Shown: positions 9,162 to 18,777, counted from the stretch's first letter. The stretch: DNA of 32,000 bases from Candidatus Thalassarchaeaceae archaeon (GCA_045568075.1 JBJLBP010000001.1:420001-452000); one strand, 5' to 3'. Program-made: numbers and translations. Notes: generated by a model from the letters alone, not told the origin.

Positions 9162-10772
9162 ATGGATAGATTGCCGACCCGAGTCGAGCGTTCAGGTCCT
9201 GATTGGCAACGTAGACGCGAACATAATCTCGCTTTAGCCGCCGACCTCAAGGAGCGTCTTGCAGCCGTCAAAGAGGGTGGAGGCGGCAAATATGTCGAGC
9301 GTCACCGCGCTCGAAACAAAATGCTCCCAAGGGAGCGAATCGCCGAGATTTGCGATCCGGGAAGTCCCTTTCTTGAACTCTCAAGCCTTGCCGCAAACGG
9401 ACTCTACGATGGCAAGGCTCACTCGGCTGGAATAATCACAGGAATAGGTGTCATCCACGGTCGCGAATGCCTCTTTGTCGCTAATGACGCGACCGTCAAG
9501 GGCGGCTCATACTATCCAATGACAGTCAAGAAACACATCCGCGCCCAAGATGTGGCCGATGTCAACAATCTCCCTTGTGTCTACCTTGTCGATAGCGGCG
9601 GAGCCTTCCTCCCGATGCAAGACGAGGTTTTCCCGGACATCGGCCACTTCGGCCGCATCTTCCGTAATCAAGCGATGATGTCTGGCAAAGGCATCCCTCA
9701 GGTCGCAGCAGTCCTTGGCAGTTGCACTGCGGGAGGAGCATACGTTCCAGCGATGTCTGACGAATCGATTATTGTCAAAGGAAATGGAACGATTTTCCTC
9801 GCCGGACCCCCTCTCGTCAAGGCAGCGACCGGCGAAGAGGTCAGCGCCGAAGATTTGGGCGGCGCTGATGTCCACACCCGTGAGTCGGGTGTGGCCGACC
9901 ATTTCGCTGAAACAGAGGAGGACGCCCTGCGTATGGTCCGCAATGTTGTGGAGAATTTGAATATCGACCCGAAGCAGCGTTTGGACGTTAAACCGGTGGA
10001 AGATCCAGCCTACGAATCTGAGGATTTGATGGGTATTATTCCAAGCGATAATCGCACTCCAGTCGATGTTAGAGAAGTAATTGCTCGCATCGTCGACGGG
10101 TCGCGATTTCACGAGTTCAAACCACGCTATGGGGCGACTTTGGTTTGCGGTTTTGCTCGCATTCACGGCTACCCCGTCGGAATCGTCGCCAACAACGGGA
10201 TTCTGTTTTCTGAATCCTCACTCAAAGGTGCTCACTTTGTCGAACTATGTGGACAGCGTGGTGTACCATTGATTTTCTTGCAGAATATTACTGGATTTAT
10301 GGTCGGCCGTGACGCTGAATCGGGTGGAATTGCTAAGGATGGAGCCAAGTTGGTCACGGCCGTATCCTGCGTTCCAGTGCCTAAATTCACGGTGATTATT
10401 GGTGGCTCGCACGGAGCTGGAAATTACGGTATGTGCGGGCGCGCGTATGACCCCCGATTCCTATTCATGTGGCCGAATGCGCGCATTTCTGTGATGGGCG
10501 GCCCGCAGGCTGCTGATGTCCTAGCGACGGTCAAACAAGATCAGCGGGCCCGCGAGGGTTTGCCTCCGATGAGTGATTCTGAGTTGGAGGAGTTTCGTCG
10601 ACCGATTCTCGAGAAATACGAGACTGAAGGATCGCCTTACTACTCTACTGCGCGGTTATGGGACGACGGCGTCATCGACCCGCGCGATACTCGTGATGTG
10701 CTGGGCTTGGCAATTTCAGCGAGTCTAAACGCGCCGTTCCCAGACCAGGATTACGGCGTTTTCAGGATGTGA
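9162..10772 (+). CDS. liuB: Methylcrotonyl-CoA carboxylase beta subunit (acyl-CoA carboxyltransferase)
   Basis: The carboxyltransferase family match is strong ([35 protein letters not shown]). From the ATG at 9162 the N-terminus aligns residue for residue, by recall, with bacterial LiuB/MccB up to DPGSPFLEL. The track ORF starts at GTG 9087. Confidence 0.85.
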   Translation: MDRLPTRVERSGPDWQRRREHNLALAADLKERLAAVKEGGGGKYVERHRARNKMLPRERIAEICDPGSPFLELSSLAANGLYDGKAHSAGIITGIGVIHGRECLFVANDATVKGGSYYPMTVKKHIRAQDVADVNNLPCVYLVDSGGAFLPMQDEVFPDIGHFGRIFRNQAMMSGKGIPQVAAVLGSCTAGGAYVPAMSDESIIVKGNGTIFLAGPPLVKAATGEEVSAEDLGGADVHTRESGVADHFAETEEDALRMVRNVVENLNIDPKQRLDVKPVEDPAYESEDLMGIIPSDNRTPVDVREVIARIVDGSRFHEFKPRYGATLVCGFARIHGYPVGIVANNGILFSESSLKGAHFVELCGQRGVPLIFLQNITGFMVGRDAESGGIAKDGAKLVTAVSCVPVPKFTVIIGGSHGAGNYGMCGRAYDPRFLFMWPNARISVMGGPQAADVLATVKQDQRAREGLPPMSDSELEEFRRPILEKYETEGSPYYSTARLWDDGVIDPRDTRDVLGLAISASLNAPFPDQDYGVFRM

Positions 10773-10776
10773 TTGA

Positions 10777-11649
10777 ATGGAACAACGCGCACGGATGAGT
10801 GATGAGATGCCTGCCTCTCAATTGTGCAGTCTCGATATCCATGGCGCGGTCGCTCGTCTGACCCTGCGCCGTTCAGATGTCTTCAACGCGCTCAATGTTC
10901 AATTGATTTCGGAACTGGTTGATGCACTTCACTGGATGGAGGAGCGCTCAGTTGGCACCACACAAGTTCTCGCCGACCCAGATGGTGCTGCGTACCTTCG
11001 CGTAATTGTCCTGCGAGGCGATGGTAAGCACTTCTGCGCAGGTGCTGACATCAATATGATGCGAGACGCTGGAGCCGCTGGCCCAGCGGCTAATCGTGCT
11101 GATTCTGAGCGTCTCGACCGTTTGTTCAATTCATTGTGGGCACACCCTTGTTTCACTATCGGAGCAATTCAGGGTGTGGCTCTGGGTGGTGGGGCTGGAT
11201 TGGTCGCATGCGTCGATCATTCGATTGGCGAGCCACGCACCCGCATCGCATTATCCGAGGGAAAACTCGGGATTCTTCCCGCCGTCATCGGACCCTACGT
11301 CTATCGCCGGCTCGGCAGCGCTCAATTCCGCCGCCTTTCGATGCTGGCGAGCCGAGTCAGTGCCGAAGAGGGATTGCGAATCGGCTGGCTTAACGAGGTC
11401 GTCGATTCGCCGTTGGGATTCGACGAGGCGATTGACCGGACCATCGGCGATGTGCTGACTACCGGCCCGATGGCCGTAGCCGAATCGAAGCGCTTGGCCA
11501 TGACCTTCGATCGTTGGATGGCCAGCGACGAGGAACTGAGACTCTGGACTCTTGACAAGACAAGCCAGATGCGTGGTTCAGGGGAGGGTCAAGAGGGCCT
11601 GTCCTCTTTCCTTGAGCGGCGCAAGCCCGATTGGGCACCCGAAGAGTGA
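10777..11649 (+). CDS. liuC: Enoyl-CoA hydratase family protein, likely methylglutaconyl-CoA hydratase
   Basis: Crotonase motifs GDGKHFCAGADI and GVALGGGAGL are present. The gene sits between the carboxyltransferase and biotin carboxylase genes, as in liu/mcc operons. Confidence 0.75.
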   Translation: MEQRARMSDEMPASQLCSLDIHGAVARLTLRRSDVFNALNVQLISELVDALHWMEERSVGTTQVLADPDGAAYLRVIVLRGDGKHFCAGADINMMRDAGAAGPAANRADSERLDRLFNSLWAHPCFTIGAIQGVALGGGAGLVACVDHSIGEPRTRIALSEGKLGILPAVIGPYVYRRLGSAQFRRLSMLASRVSAEEGLRIGWLNEVVDSPLGFDEAIDRTIGDVLTTGPMAVAESKRLAMTFDRWMASDEELRLWTLDKTSQMRGSGEGQEGLSSFLERRKPDWAPEE

Positions 11650-11658
11650 GGTGAGGCG

Positions 11659-13215
11659 ATGATTCCTGAATGGATGGTCGGCGCTCCTCGTTCATTCGAT
11701 ACCGTTTTGGTAGCAAATCGTGGTGAAATTGCAGTTCGCGTATTGCGGGCTGCGAGCGAGTCTGGTCTACGCGGAGTTGCCTTGTTTTCTGACTCAGATG
11801 CTGGGTCTTTACACGTCGAAACTGCTGATGAAGCGGTTCATCTTCCGGGAGCTAGCTTGGCTGAGACTTATCTCAATGCTGAGGCGATTATCGAGGCGGC
11901 ACGAAGTTCCGGGGCACAAGCGATTCACCCTGGTTTTGGATTCCTCTCCGAACGGGCTGACTTCGCTAATGCTGTGAAGGCGGCTGGACTGATTTGGATT
12001 GGTCCTCCAGCCGGCGCTATCGAAACGATGGGTGACAAGATTTCGGCACGCCGACGGATGATTGAGTCTGGCGTGCCGGTTATTCCGGGTGAAGAGATTG
12101 CAATTTCAGAATCGGTTGATCACCTTGGAGTATTGGCTGCTGCGGCTGCTCGCGTGGGCTATCCGCTGCTGCTCAAGGCGAGTGCCGGTGGTGGAGGCAA
12201 AGGAATGCGTGCTGTGCACGAGCCTAAGATGCTCAGAACCGAGTACGAGGCGGCTGCTCGCGAGGCTACCGCCGCTTTCGGTGATGGCACCGTCTATGTC
12301 GAGCGATTACTGACCGGTGCGCGCCACGTCGAGATTCAAGTCATGGCTGACTCTCTCGGAAATTGCATTCATCTCAACGAGCGAGATTGTTCATTGCAAC
12401 GGCGCCATCAGAAAGTCATCGAAGAGGCGCCGAGCCCGGCGGTCACTCCAGCGATTCGCTCGGCGATGGGTGAGGCGGCTGTTCAAGCGGCCATGGCAGT
12501 CGATTACGAGGGGGCCGGCACAGTCGAGTTCCTACTCTCGGAAAGAGGGGAGTTCTTCTTCCTCGAGATGAACACTCGATTGCAAGTTGAACACCCGGTC
12601 ACTGAGATGATCACCGGTGTCGACTTGGTACAGAAGCAATTCGAGGTCGCCGCAGGTATGCCGCTGGGACTTACTCAATCAGACATCGGCATCACTGGCC
12701 ATGCCATGGAGGCGCGAATCTACGCAGAGGACCCGAGCAAGGGATTCCTACCGGCGATTGGTGATTTGGCGATGTGGCGAGAGCCATCCGGTCCGGGTAT
12801 TCGCGTTGATACCGGAGTGCGCGAGGGCGATGCTGTAACAGTCGAATTCGATCCGATGCTTGCCAAACTCATCGTCCACGCGCCAACGCGCACAGCAGCT
12901 GCACGCCGCCTCGATAATGCGCTGGCCAACCTACGTGCGCTCGGTGTCACAACCAACATTGGATTTCTCCGTCAGATGGCCCAGCATCCTGATTTCACAT
13001 CTGGCGGCATCACAACAGATTACCTCGATTCAAGAAATATCTCTGACTTCGCAGAACCCGAGGCTAATCCTGCAACTCTCGTGGCAATCGCAGCGGCCGC
13101 AAGCCGTCTTGGACTCGATCGCCTCGGCGCAGGCGGCTTATCTCAATCAACCACAGACGAACACACTGGCCATGCTGGTGACCCATTCAGGACATTGTCG
13201 AGGTCCTTCCCCTGA
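11659..13215 (+). CDS. liuD: Biotin carboxylase (carboxylase alpha subunit, BC domain plus part of the BT region, no BCCP)
   Basis: VLVANRGEIAVRVLRA, GGGGKGMR and EMNTRLQVEHPVTE are ATP-grasp biotin carboxylase signatures. A GAGGTGAGG SD precedes the ATG. Confidence 0.9.
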   Translation: MIPEWMVGAPRSFDTVLVANRGEIAVRVLRAASESGLRGVALFSDSDAGSLHVETADEAVHLPGASLAETYLNAEAIIEAARSSGAQAIHPGFGFLSERADFANAVKAAGLIWIGPPAGAIETMGDKISARRRMIESGVPVIPGEEIAISESVDHLGVLAAAAARVGYPLLLKASAGGGGKGMRAVHEPKMLRTEYEAAAREATAAFGDGTVYVERLLTGARHVEIQVMADSLGNCIHLNERDCSLQRRHQKVIEEAPSPAVTPAIRSAMGEAAVQAAMAVDYEGAGTVEFLLSERGEFFFLEMNTRLQVEHPVTEMITGVDLVQKQFEVAAGMPLGLTQSDIGITGHAMEARIYAEDPSKGFLPAIGDLAMWREPSGPGIRVDTGVREGDAVTVEFDPMLAKLIVHAPTRTAAARRLDNALANLRALGVTTNIGFLRQMAQHPDFTSGGITTDYLDSRNISDFAEPEANPATLVAIAAAASRLGLDRLGAGGLSQSTTDEHTGHAGDPFRTLSRSFP

Positions 13216-13224
13216 GGTGAGAAA

Positions 13225-13725
13225 ATGGAGTGGAGTGTTGGAGAATCAAGCGAGCGGTACACCGCCAAGCTAACCGATACTGAGGGGACACTAACACTCA
13301 CTGGATTCACGAGTGAAGGAGTCGAGCAGACGCACAGCGAAATCTCAGTCGCACGCGATAACCAACCAGGCCGTCTGCTCGTCGAAGTAAACGGACAAGC
13401 ACAATTTGCCCATGTCGCCAAGGTCGGCGACTCATGGTGGATTCACCTCGACGGCCGCATCCACGTCATCAATGGCCACGAAACAGGTAGTGCAGATTCG
13501 GATGCAGGAGAGGGTGGTCTGACTGCACCAATGCCGGGGACTATCCTCGAAGTTCAGGTTAATGAGGGCCAACGAGTTCGCGAAGGACAGACACTGCTGG
13601 TGATGGAGGCGATGAAGATGGAACATCGTATTCAGGCTCCGAGGGCCGGGGAAGTCATCGCAGTAAATTTCGCTATTGGTGATCGTGTAGATATGGGCGA
13701 TACACTTGTAGAACTTGGAGAATGA
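13225..13725 (+). CDS. Biotin carboxyl carrier protein (biotinyl/lipoyl domain) with a beta-rich N-terminal extension
   Basis: The biotinylation motif EAMKMEH is present. A GGTGA SD lies 5 nt upstream of the ATG. The ORF is in the same frame as the upstream BC gene, separated by TGA plus 3 codons. Confidence 0.85.
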   Translation: MEWSVGESSERYTAKLTDTEGTLTLTGFTSEGVEQTHSEISVARDNQPGRLLVEVNGQAQFAHVAKVGDSWWIHLDGRIHVINGHETGSADSDAGEGGLTAPMPGTILEVQVNEGQRVREGQTLLVMEAMKMEHRIQAPRAGEVIAVNFAIGDRVDMGDTLVELGE

Positions 13726-13737
13726 TTTGGTGTTTCT

Positions 13738-14292
13738 ATGGATTTGACTCGCGACTATCTTCGACTGTTTACAGGAATATTTGGCCTATTGGTCCTTCTT
13801 TCGTATGTTTACGGAGTTAGCCGAGCCAATGATCCTCAATCACTCTGGGGGGGAATTCCTCTATCTTGGCAAAGTAAAATTATTCCATTCATGTTTATCG
13901 CAGCAATCGGATATCTACTCTATTGGTGGGTTATTCTTTTTCAATTAGAAACCACTTCATTGGAAAATATGCATTGGCCATGGTCTGAATCAGATGGTTC
14001 AGGATTGCAACTTTTGTTCATTACTAATGCATTGGTACTAATCCCTTCGGCTCTATGGTTGGAAAGCACGATTTTTCACATGAATAATCAGTATTCTTGG
14101 ACTCCAATATTAGTTGTAGGAGTTCTATTTCTAGTGTCATTAGGAAATTTCCTTATGGGCGCTCTTGCTTATTCCGCTTACCAAGATTCCATTGATGGTT
14201 CAGGGCTATTGTTGGCTGGTAGTTTGATGCTTGCAATCCAATGTATTCTATTCGATTTCATAGTTTGGTCAGTAAAATTCCCATGGAACTGA
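13738..14292 (+). CDS. Hypothetical 4-5 TM membrane protein (orphan, AT-rich)
   Basis: A 184-aa hydrophobic ORF. Hand counts of two 60-nt lines gave 33% and 42% GC, against 55% in the adjacent BCCP gene. A strong hairpin terminator follows. Confidence 0.55.
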   Translation: MDLTRDYLRLFTGIFGLLVLLSYVYGVSRANDPQSLWGGIPLSWQSKIIPFMFIAAIGYLLYWWVILFQLETTSLENMHWPWSESDGSGLQLLFITNALVLIPSALWLESTIFHMNNQYSWTPILVVGVLFLVSLGNFLMGALAYSAYQDSIDGSGLLLAGSLMLAIQCILFDFIVWSVKFPWN

Positions 14293-14297
14293 GGACG

Positions 14298-14327
14298 GGA
14301 AAAATCGTTTGGATTTTTCCATTTTTC
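14298..14327 (+). terminator. Intrinsic-terminator-like hairpin plus T-run
   Basis: ggaaaaatc-gtttg-gatttttcc is a perfect 9-bp stem with a 5-nt loop. It is followed immediately by atttttc and starts 6 nt after the stop codon. Confidence 0.5.
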
Positions 14328-14387
14328 ATAGTTTAATGTTGATTATGACGGCATCGGATTCAATAATGACCGATTCGTGGGTTTACT

Positions 14388-14972
14388 GTGAACGAATTCG
14401 ACGTCATAATTGCCTTGAGCATGGGATTAGGACTAGCTGCTGCCTCTGGATTCCGAGTTTTCCTCCCTCCATTCTTGCTCTCTATAGCCGTCCGCGCCGA
14501 TGCAGTTGACGTGAATTTGATGGATACTCCCTTCGAGTACTTCGACTCCAATGTGGCTGTAATTCTGCTTGGAGTCGCGACTGTGGCTGAATTTGCAGGG
14601 TATTACGTCCCATGGGTAGATAATCTGCTAGATTCTATTGCGAGCCCTGCAGCGGTCGTTGCTGGGTCTGGCATGACCGCGCTTGTTCTTGAAGGCAATA
14701 CAGATCCGGTGATTCAGTGGTCACTGGCTATCATCGCTGGCGGCGGTGTTACCGCTATTGTGCAGGGAGCGACCGTTGTCACTCGAGGGATTTCGACTAC
14801 GCTCACTGCAGGTTTTGCGAATCCCATCGTCTCTACAGGTGAGAACTTAGCGAGTGTGATTTTGGCACTCATCGCGATGGTTCTACCAATTTTAGCTGCG
14901 GTTATAGTAGCCGTGCTAATCGGAGTGATTGTTCTCAAGGCAAGTCAGAAGGTCGCCCCTTCGTCCGCTTAA
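14388..14972 (+). CDS. DUF4126 family membrane protein
   Basis: GLAAASGFRVFLPPF, YYVPWVDNLLDSIASPAAVVAG and LAIIAGGGV match my recollection of DUF4126 conserved blocks. The start is GTG. Confidence 0.75.
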   Translation: MNEFDVIIALSMGLGLAAASGFRVFLPPFLLSIAVRADAVDVNLMDTPFEYFDSNVAVILLGVATVAEFAGYYVPWVDNLLDSIASPAAVVAGSGMTALVLEGNTDPVIQWSLAIIAGGGVTAIVQGATVVTRGISTTLTAGFANPIVSTGENLASVILALIAMVLPILAAVIVAVLIGVIVLKASQKVAPSSA

Positions 14973-14987
14973 ACGAACTCAATTGGT

Positions 14988-16268
14988 TCAGGACAGTGGC
15001 TCGAGAGTCTTCTGGCCGCCTAGGAATGGGATGAGGACATCTGGGACTCGGACCATTCCGTCCTCATTCTGATATTGTTCCATAATGGCGACCAGCGCAC
15101 GACTGGTTGCAATGGCGGTCGAATTCAGCGTGTGGACCGCCGAATTACCTTCTGTAGTGCGGTAGCGCATGCGGAGGCGATTTGCTTGATAATCGGTGCA
15201 ATTTGAGCAGGATACGACTTCTTTGTAGGCGCCAGCACCGGGAAGCCATGCTTCGAGGTCGTACTTTTTCGAGGCGACAGTTCCCATATCACCTGTACAG
15301 ATATTGACGACTCGGTAGTGTAGCCCGAGACTATCCCAAAGGTCGACGGCATTGGTTAGCAATTCCTCGTGATGAGTCCAGGAATCCTCGGGCTTACAGA
15401 TGACGATCTGTTCGATCTTAGTGAATTGGTGGACTCGCCAGATACCTCGGTCGGACAAACCGTGGGCACCGACCTCGCGTCGAAAGCAGGGTGAAACTCC
15501 AACTAATTTGATCGGCAGTTCGGCCGGCTCGATGATTTCGTCCATCCTCATTGCAGTGAGTGGGTGTTCGCTGGTGGCGATGAGGTAGTACTTGTCCGGC
15601 TCGATGCCGTACATGACCGTCTCAAAATCGGCGAGATCCGTGACACCCTCGTAGGCCTCCCGATTCATCATCAATGGAGGATGGACGAGGGTGTAGCCGC
15701 GTTCCATTAGGAAGTTCGCCGTGTAATTCTGCAAGGCCATCTCAAGACGCGCGAGGTCGCCTTGTAGGAAGTAGAAGCGAGAACCTGCTACCTTTGCTCC
15801 GCGCGCGAGGTCGACCCAGCCATTTGCTTCGATTAGATCGTTATGCGTGCGCGCCTCGAAGCCCAACTCCACCTTTTCGCCATGCAAACTGTGGAGTGTA
15901 TTCTTCTGGTCATCCTCACCAACCGGCACCGAATCGTGTAACACATTCGGGACACGCATCCGAGCAGCATCGCGCTCGGCCAAGCAAGAATCAACGCGTT
16001 CGCCGAGCGCATCAATCTGCGCACCCAAGTCGGACACCTCTGCGAGAATCGCGTCCGCGGTCGCTGAATCGCCTGATTTCTTGGCTACCGCAATTCCACG
16101 CGCAGCCTCATTTCGCTTCTTTCTCAATTGGTCAGCATCGTATCTTGTCTGACGCCATTCTTCATCGAGGCGGATTACCGCATCGATGTGTTCGTGAGGC
16201 AAGTCACGCTTGTCATGGTCAGCCCTCAGCACATCCGCGTGCTCTCGGAACATGGTCATGTCAAGCAT
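14988..16268 (-). CDS. serS: Seryl-tRNA synthetase (class II, bacterial type)
   Basis: There is an N-terminal coiled-coil arm. Motif 2 is PCFRREVGAHG, and the C-terminal block is NSTAIATSRALVAIMEQYQ. The ORF is a full-length 426 aa. Confidence 0.92.
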   Translation of the reverse strand: MLDMTMFREHADVLRADHDKRDLPHEHIDAVIRLDEEWRQTRYDADQLRKKRNEAARGIAVAKKSGDSATADAILAEVSDLGAQIDALGERVDSCLAERDAARMRVPNVLHDSVPVGEDDQKNTLHSLHGEKVELGFEARTHNDLIEANGWVDLARGAKVAGSRFYFLQGDLARLEMALQNYTANFLMERGYTLVHPPLMMNREAYEGVTDLADFETVMYGIEPDKYYLIATSEHPLTAMRMDEIIEPAELPIKLVGVSPCFRREVGAHGLSDRGIWRVHQFTKIEQIVICKPEDSWTHHEELLTNAVDLWDSLGLHYRVVNICTGDMGTVASKKYDLEAWLPGAGAYKEVVSCSNCTDYQANRLRMRYRTTEGNSAVHTLNSTAIATSRALVAIMEQYQNEDGMVRVPDVLIPFLGGQKTLEPLS

Positions 16269-16359
16269 GGCGACCGAAGTGAAGGGTCAGCCCTCCTGCC
16301 TTCAATGAATCGGGGAATACCGGCCCGAGCCCCGTTGAAAGGAGCCAGAGAGCGAAGCC

Positions 16360-17427
16360 TCACAGGAATGTAATCGCCTGGAATAGTGGTCCGATATCGT
16401 ATGCGTAGATGCCGCTCACAAGATATCCAAGAATTGCTCCACCATTCAGTAGTGGCAAACCCGGCTGTGGCTTACCTTGTGCGACGAAATACATCAGAGC
16501 GACATAACCGACCAAACCGCCAATCAAAGTCCCAATACCGACCACCAATTGAGCGAGGTGAATTTCACCGAAGGCATTCCACACCTCGGGCCCCCATTCT
16601 GGCAGGAAGGAGAGCGCTGAAATCACCAGCATACCAGGGAAAATGACGTCTCCAAGACCCATGAAAAGTGCATCTCGACTCTTTTTCTTCGGTCGAAGCC
16701 TTTCGGCTTCGTCGACCATTTCAGCCTCCATCACACCATCATAGCCGGGTGGAGGAGGTGCCATCTCGCCCGCATTACTTGAATCGCGCATGATATCGCC
16801 TTCTTGGTCGAGGAAGGAGTAGCCCTTTTCCTTCGGTGAAACCAGTAAAACCGGTAATTTGAGCCCAATCATCGTGTCAGCTAGTTCCAGCATGTGTTTG
16901 CTCTTGTGAACGGCCCAGTAATCGTAAATCGCCGCTAACAACATGAAGATAATCACCAAAGTTGGAACGAATGAAATTCCGATCATCACGATGACTCCGG
17001 CCCCAACCATCACACCGACGCTATTGACCACATACCACTCTGGGTAACGGTGCAAGGCAACCATGCCAGCGATTGTAATTACTAGAGCGCTGAGGCCGAC
17101 ACTCGCGGGTGTTGCGAAGCCAGCCAGATAGAGGATGATGAGAGTGAATGGCTGGAGGGCGTAGAATAGACTGAGACCGAGTGCAAGCATGACGATTCCT
17201 TTGATCAGTGCGTCTAGTCCCTTGCGCGCGAGCCATATGATTGCGACTGTGAAGACGCCAATCAACACCAATTCTAAGAGAATGAAACCGGATTTCGTCG
17301 TGCCTTCTTCACCAAAAGCGCGGGCCTCGGGAATATCGTAAAGTGGCTGGATGAACATACCGATTCCGATGGTCCCAATGAACATCGCAGCCATACCAGC
17401 CATGGACTCCCATTGATCAATCATCAT
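16360..17427 (-). CDS. Presenilin/signal-peptide-peptidase-like intramembrane aspartyl protease (A22 family, archaeal PSH type)
   Basis: The YD motif (AAIYDYWAV) and GLGD motif (MGLGDVIFPG) are present, plus a PAL-like QPGLPLLNGG. I trimmed the start to the ATG-ATG at 17427/17424. The 110-aa N-terminal extension in the track is Ser/Arg-rich and overlaps folC. Confidence 0.8.
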   Translation of the reverse strand: MMIDQWESMAGMAAMFIGTIGIGMFIQPLYDIPEARAFGEEGTTKSGFILLELVLIGVFTVAIIWLARKGLDALIKGIVMLALGLSLFYALQPFTLIILYLAGFATPASVGLSALVITIAGMVALHRYPEWYVVNSVGVMVGAGVIVMIGISFVPTLVIIFMLLAAIYDYWAVHKSKHMLELADTMIGLKLPVLLVSPKEKGYSFLDQEGDIMRDSSNAGEMAPPPPGYDGVMEAEMVDEAERLRPKKKSRDALFMGLGDVIFPGMLVISALSFLPEWGPEVWNAFGEIHLAQLVVGIGTLIGGLVGYVALMYFVAQGKPQPGLPLLNGGAILGYLVSGIYAYDIGPLFQAITFL

Positions 17428-17533
17428 GTCGATGACACTTTCACTTTCTGCGGACACACCCTCCACGAACTTCAAGGACCATATCACATTGACCCGTTCC
17501 CGCACTGCTGTAACCGACGGCTCAGGTGAGACT

Positions 17534-18742
17534 ATGAATGCACGAGAATGGCTCGACGACCTCCGATTCGCAGGTATGAGGCTAGGCCTTGAGCGGGCCG
17601 AGGAGCTACTAGAGCGCCTCGGGAACCCACAGCTTGAATTTCCTTCAATCCACGTCGCTGGATCTAATGGAAAAGGGTCGCTCTGCGTCCAACTTTCGGC
17701 CAACGCAGCGGCTTCTGGCCTATGCGTTGGCTTGTTCACAACACCACACCTCGTCATGGTCGAAGAGCGAATAAGAGTCGACGGTCGACCGATAGACTCG
17801 GCTGACTTCGACAGACATGTCGAGGCGATTAAGGCAGCGGCGAATGAAGGAGATCTTCTCGAACCGACATTCTACGAGGTTACTTTCATCGCCGCCATGC
17901 TGCATTTTGCCGAAGCCGGCATTGAGCGCGCCATCATTGAGACGGGACTCGGTGGACGAGGCGATGCAACTTGCCTCGTCGATGCCGATCTATGTATCAT
18001 CACGACGATTTCACTAGATCACACCGAGGTGCTCGGAGAGACCCTGTCCGAAATCGCTCGTGAGAAAGCCGGCATTTATCGCCCCGGCGTACCGCTCATC
18101 GCTCTTGAGTCGGACGACCCAGAAGTAGCCGCTATCATCTCCGAGATTGCGGGCGATGATTTCTACATACATCAGAAGGACCCATACGAATCACCTTGGG
18201 AAACTTGGCGAGAATTATCCATCATGGTTTCCTTATTGATGAATTGGGGCCCTAACCAAGCTGAGTGCAGATGGCCGGGGCGTTCACCAGGATGGAAACC
18301 AACCAATATGCAATATGATGTAAAATTCAGTGCGGCCCACAATGACGAGGGTTTTGACGCGGAATTATCTCGAATCGAAGAACCATGCGTCTTCCTCATC
18401 GGGATGTCGCAAAAGGACGATATCCTGCAAGCGACGTCATCCTTAGCTTCGGAATTATACCATTCTCCAACTTTCCGTCATATCGTCGTGAGTAAGCCGA
18501 CGTCGGGTCGTTTACCCGCCATCGAACCTGCTGAGCTTGCTGATACAATTTGCTCAAATAGGCTCGACCCCCCTCTCCTAATCGACAACCCAATTCAGGC
18601 CTTTGAGTGGGCACAAATAATGGCCCGACAAGCCGGGGTACAGTTGGTCGTGATGGGTAGCATTTACCTCATCGGAGATATCCTCAAGCATTGGTGTGAG
18701 AACAATGGACTCGACCTTCGTGATGAGTTGAGCGTTCATTGA
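17534..18742 (+). CDS. folC: Folylpolyglutamate synthase / dihydrofolate synthase (Mur ligase family)
   Basis: The P-loop HVAGSNGKGS and TSLDHTEVLGETLSEIAREKAGI are present. The ATG at 17534 is preceded by a GGTGAG SD. The track ORF start at 17426 adds an implausible leader. Confidence 0.8.
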   Translation: MNAREWLDDLRFAGMRLGLERAEELLERLGNPQLEFPSIHVAGSNGKGSLCVQLSANAAASGLCVGLFTTPHLVMVEERIRVDGRPIDSADFDRHVEAIKAAANEGDLLEPTFYEVTFIAAMLHFAEAGIERAIIETGLGGRGDATCLVDADLCIITTISLDHTEVLGETLSEIAREKAGIYRPGVPLIALESDDPEVAAIISEIAGDDFYIHQKDPYESPWETWRELSIMVSLLMNWGPNQAECRWPGRSPGWKPTNMQYDVKFSAAHNDEGFDAELSRIEEPCVFLIGMSQKDDILQATSSLASELYHSPTFRHIVVSKPTSGRLPAIEPAELADTICSNRLDPPLLIDNPIQAFEWAQIMARQAGVQLVVMGSIYLIGDILKHWCENNGLDLRDELSVH

Positions 18743-18777
18743 GAGTCAAAAGGGATGACCCACTTCGGGTGCTGCGC

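Noticed and set aside
9507-10166. 219-aa ORF antisense to the carboxyltransferase gene
   Set aside because: It lies entirely opposite a CDS with a strong family match. There is no SD and the composition is odd. It is a typical shadow ORF in moderately GC-rich coding DNA.
13213-13215. TGA between BC and BCCP as a selenocysteine or programmed read-through codon
   Set aside because: An SD (GGTGA) plus ATG immediately downstream explains the expression of the second ORF. I see no obvious recoding structure. It is kept only as a minor alternative in the finding.
15674-16282. 202-aa ORF antisense to serS
   Set aside because: The sequence is low-complexity and rich in Arg/Pro/Ser/His, opposite an unambiguous seryl-tRNA synthetase. 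It is a shadow frame.
17428-17757. 110-aa N-terminal extension of the presenilin-like ORF, and the matching 17426..17533 extension of the folC ORF
   Set aside because: The two extensions overlap each other on opposite strands and both are low-complexity. Internal ATGs (17427 on the minus strand; 17534 on the plus strand with a GGTGAG SD) give family-typical N-termini.
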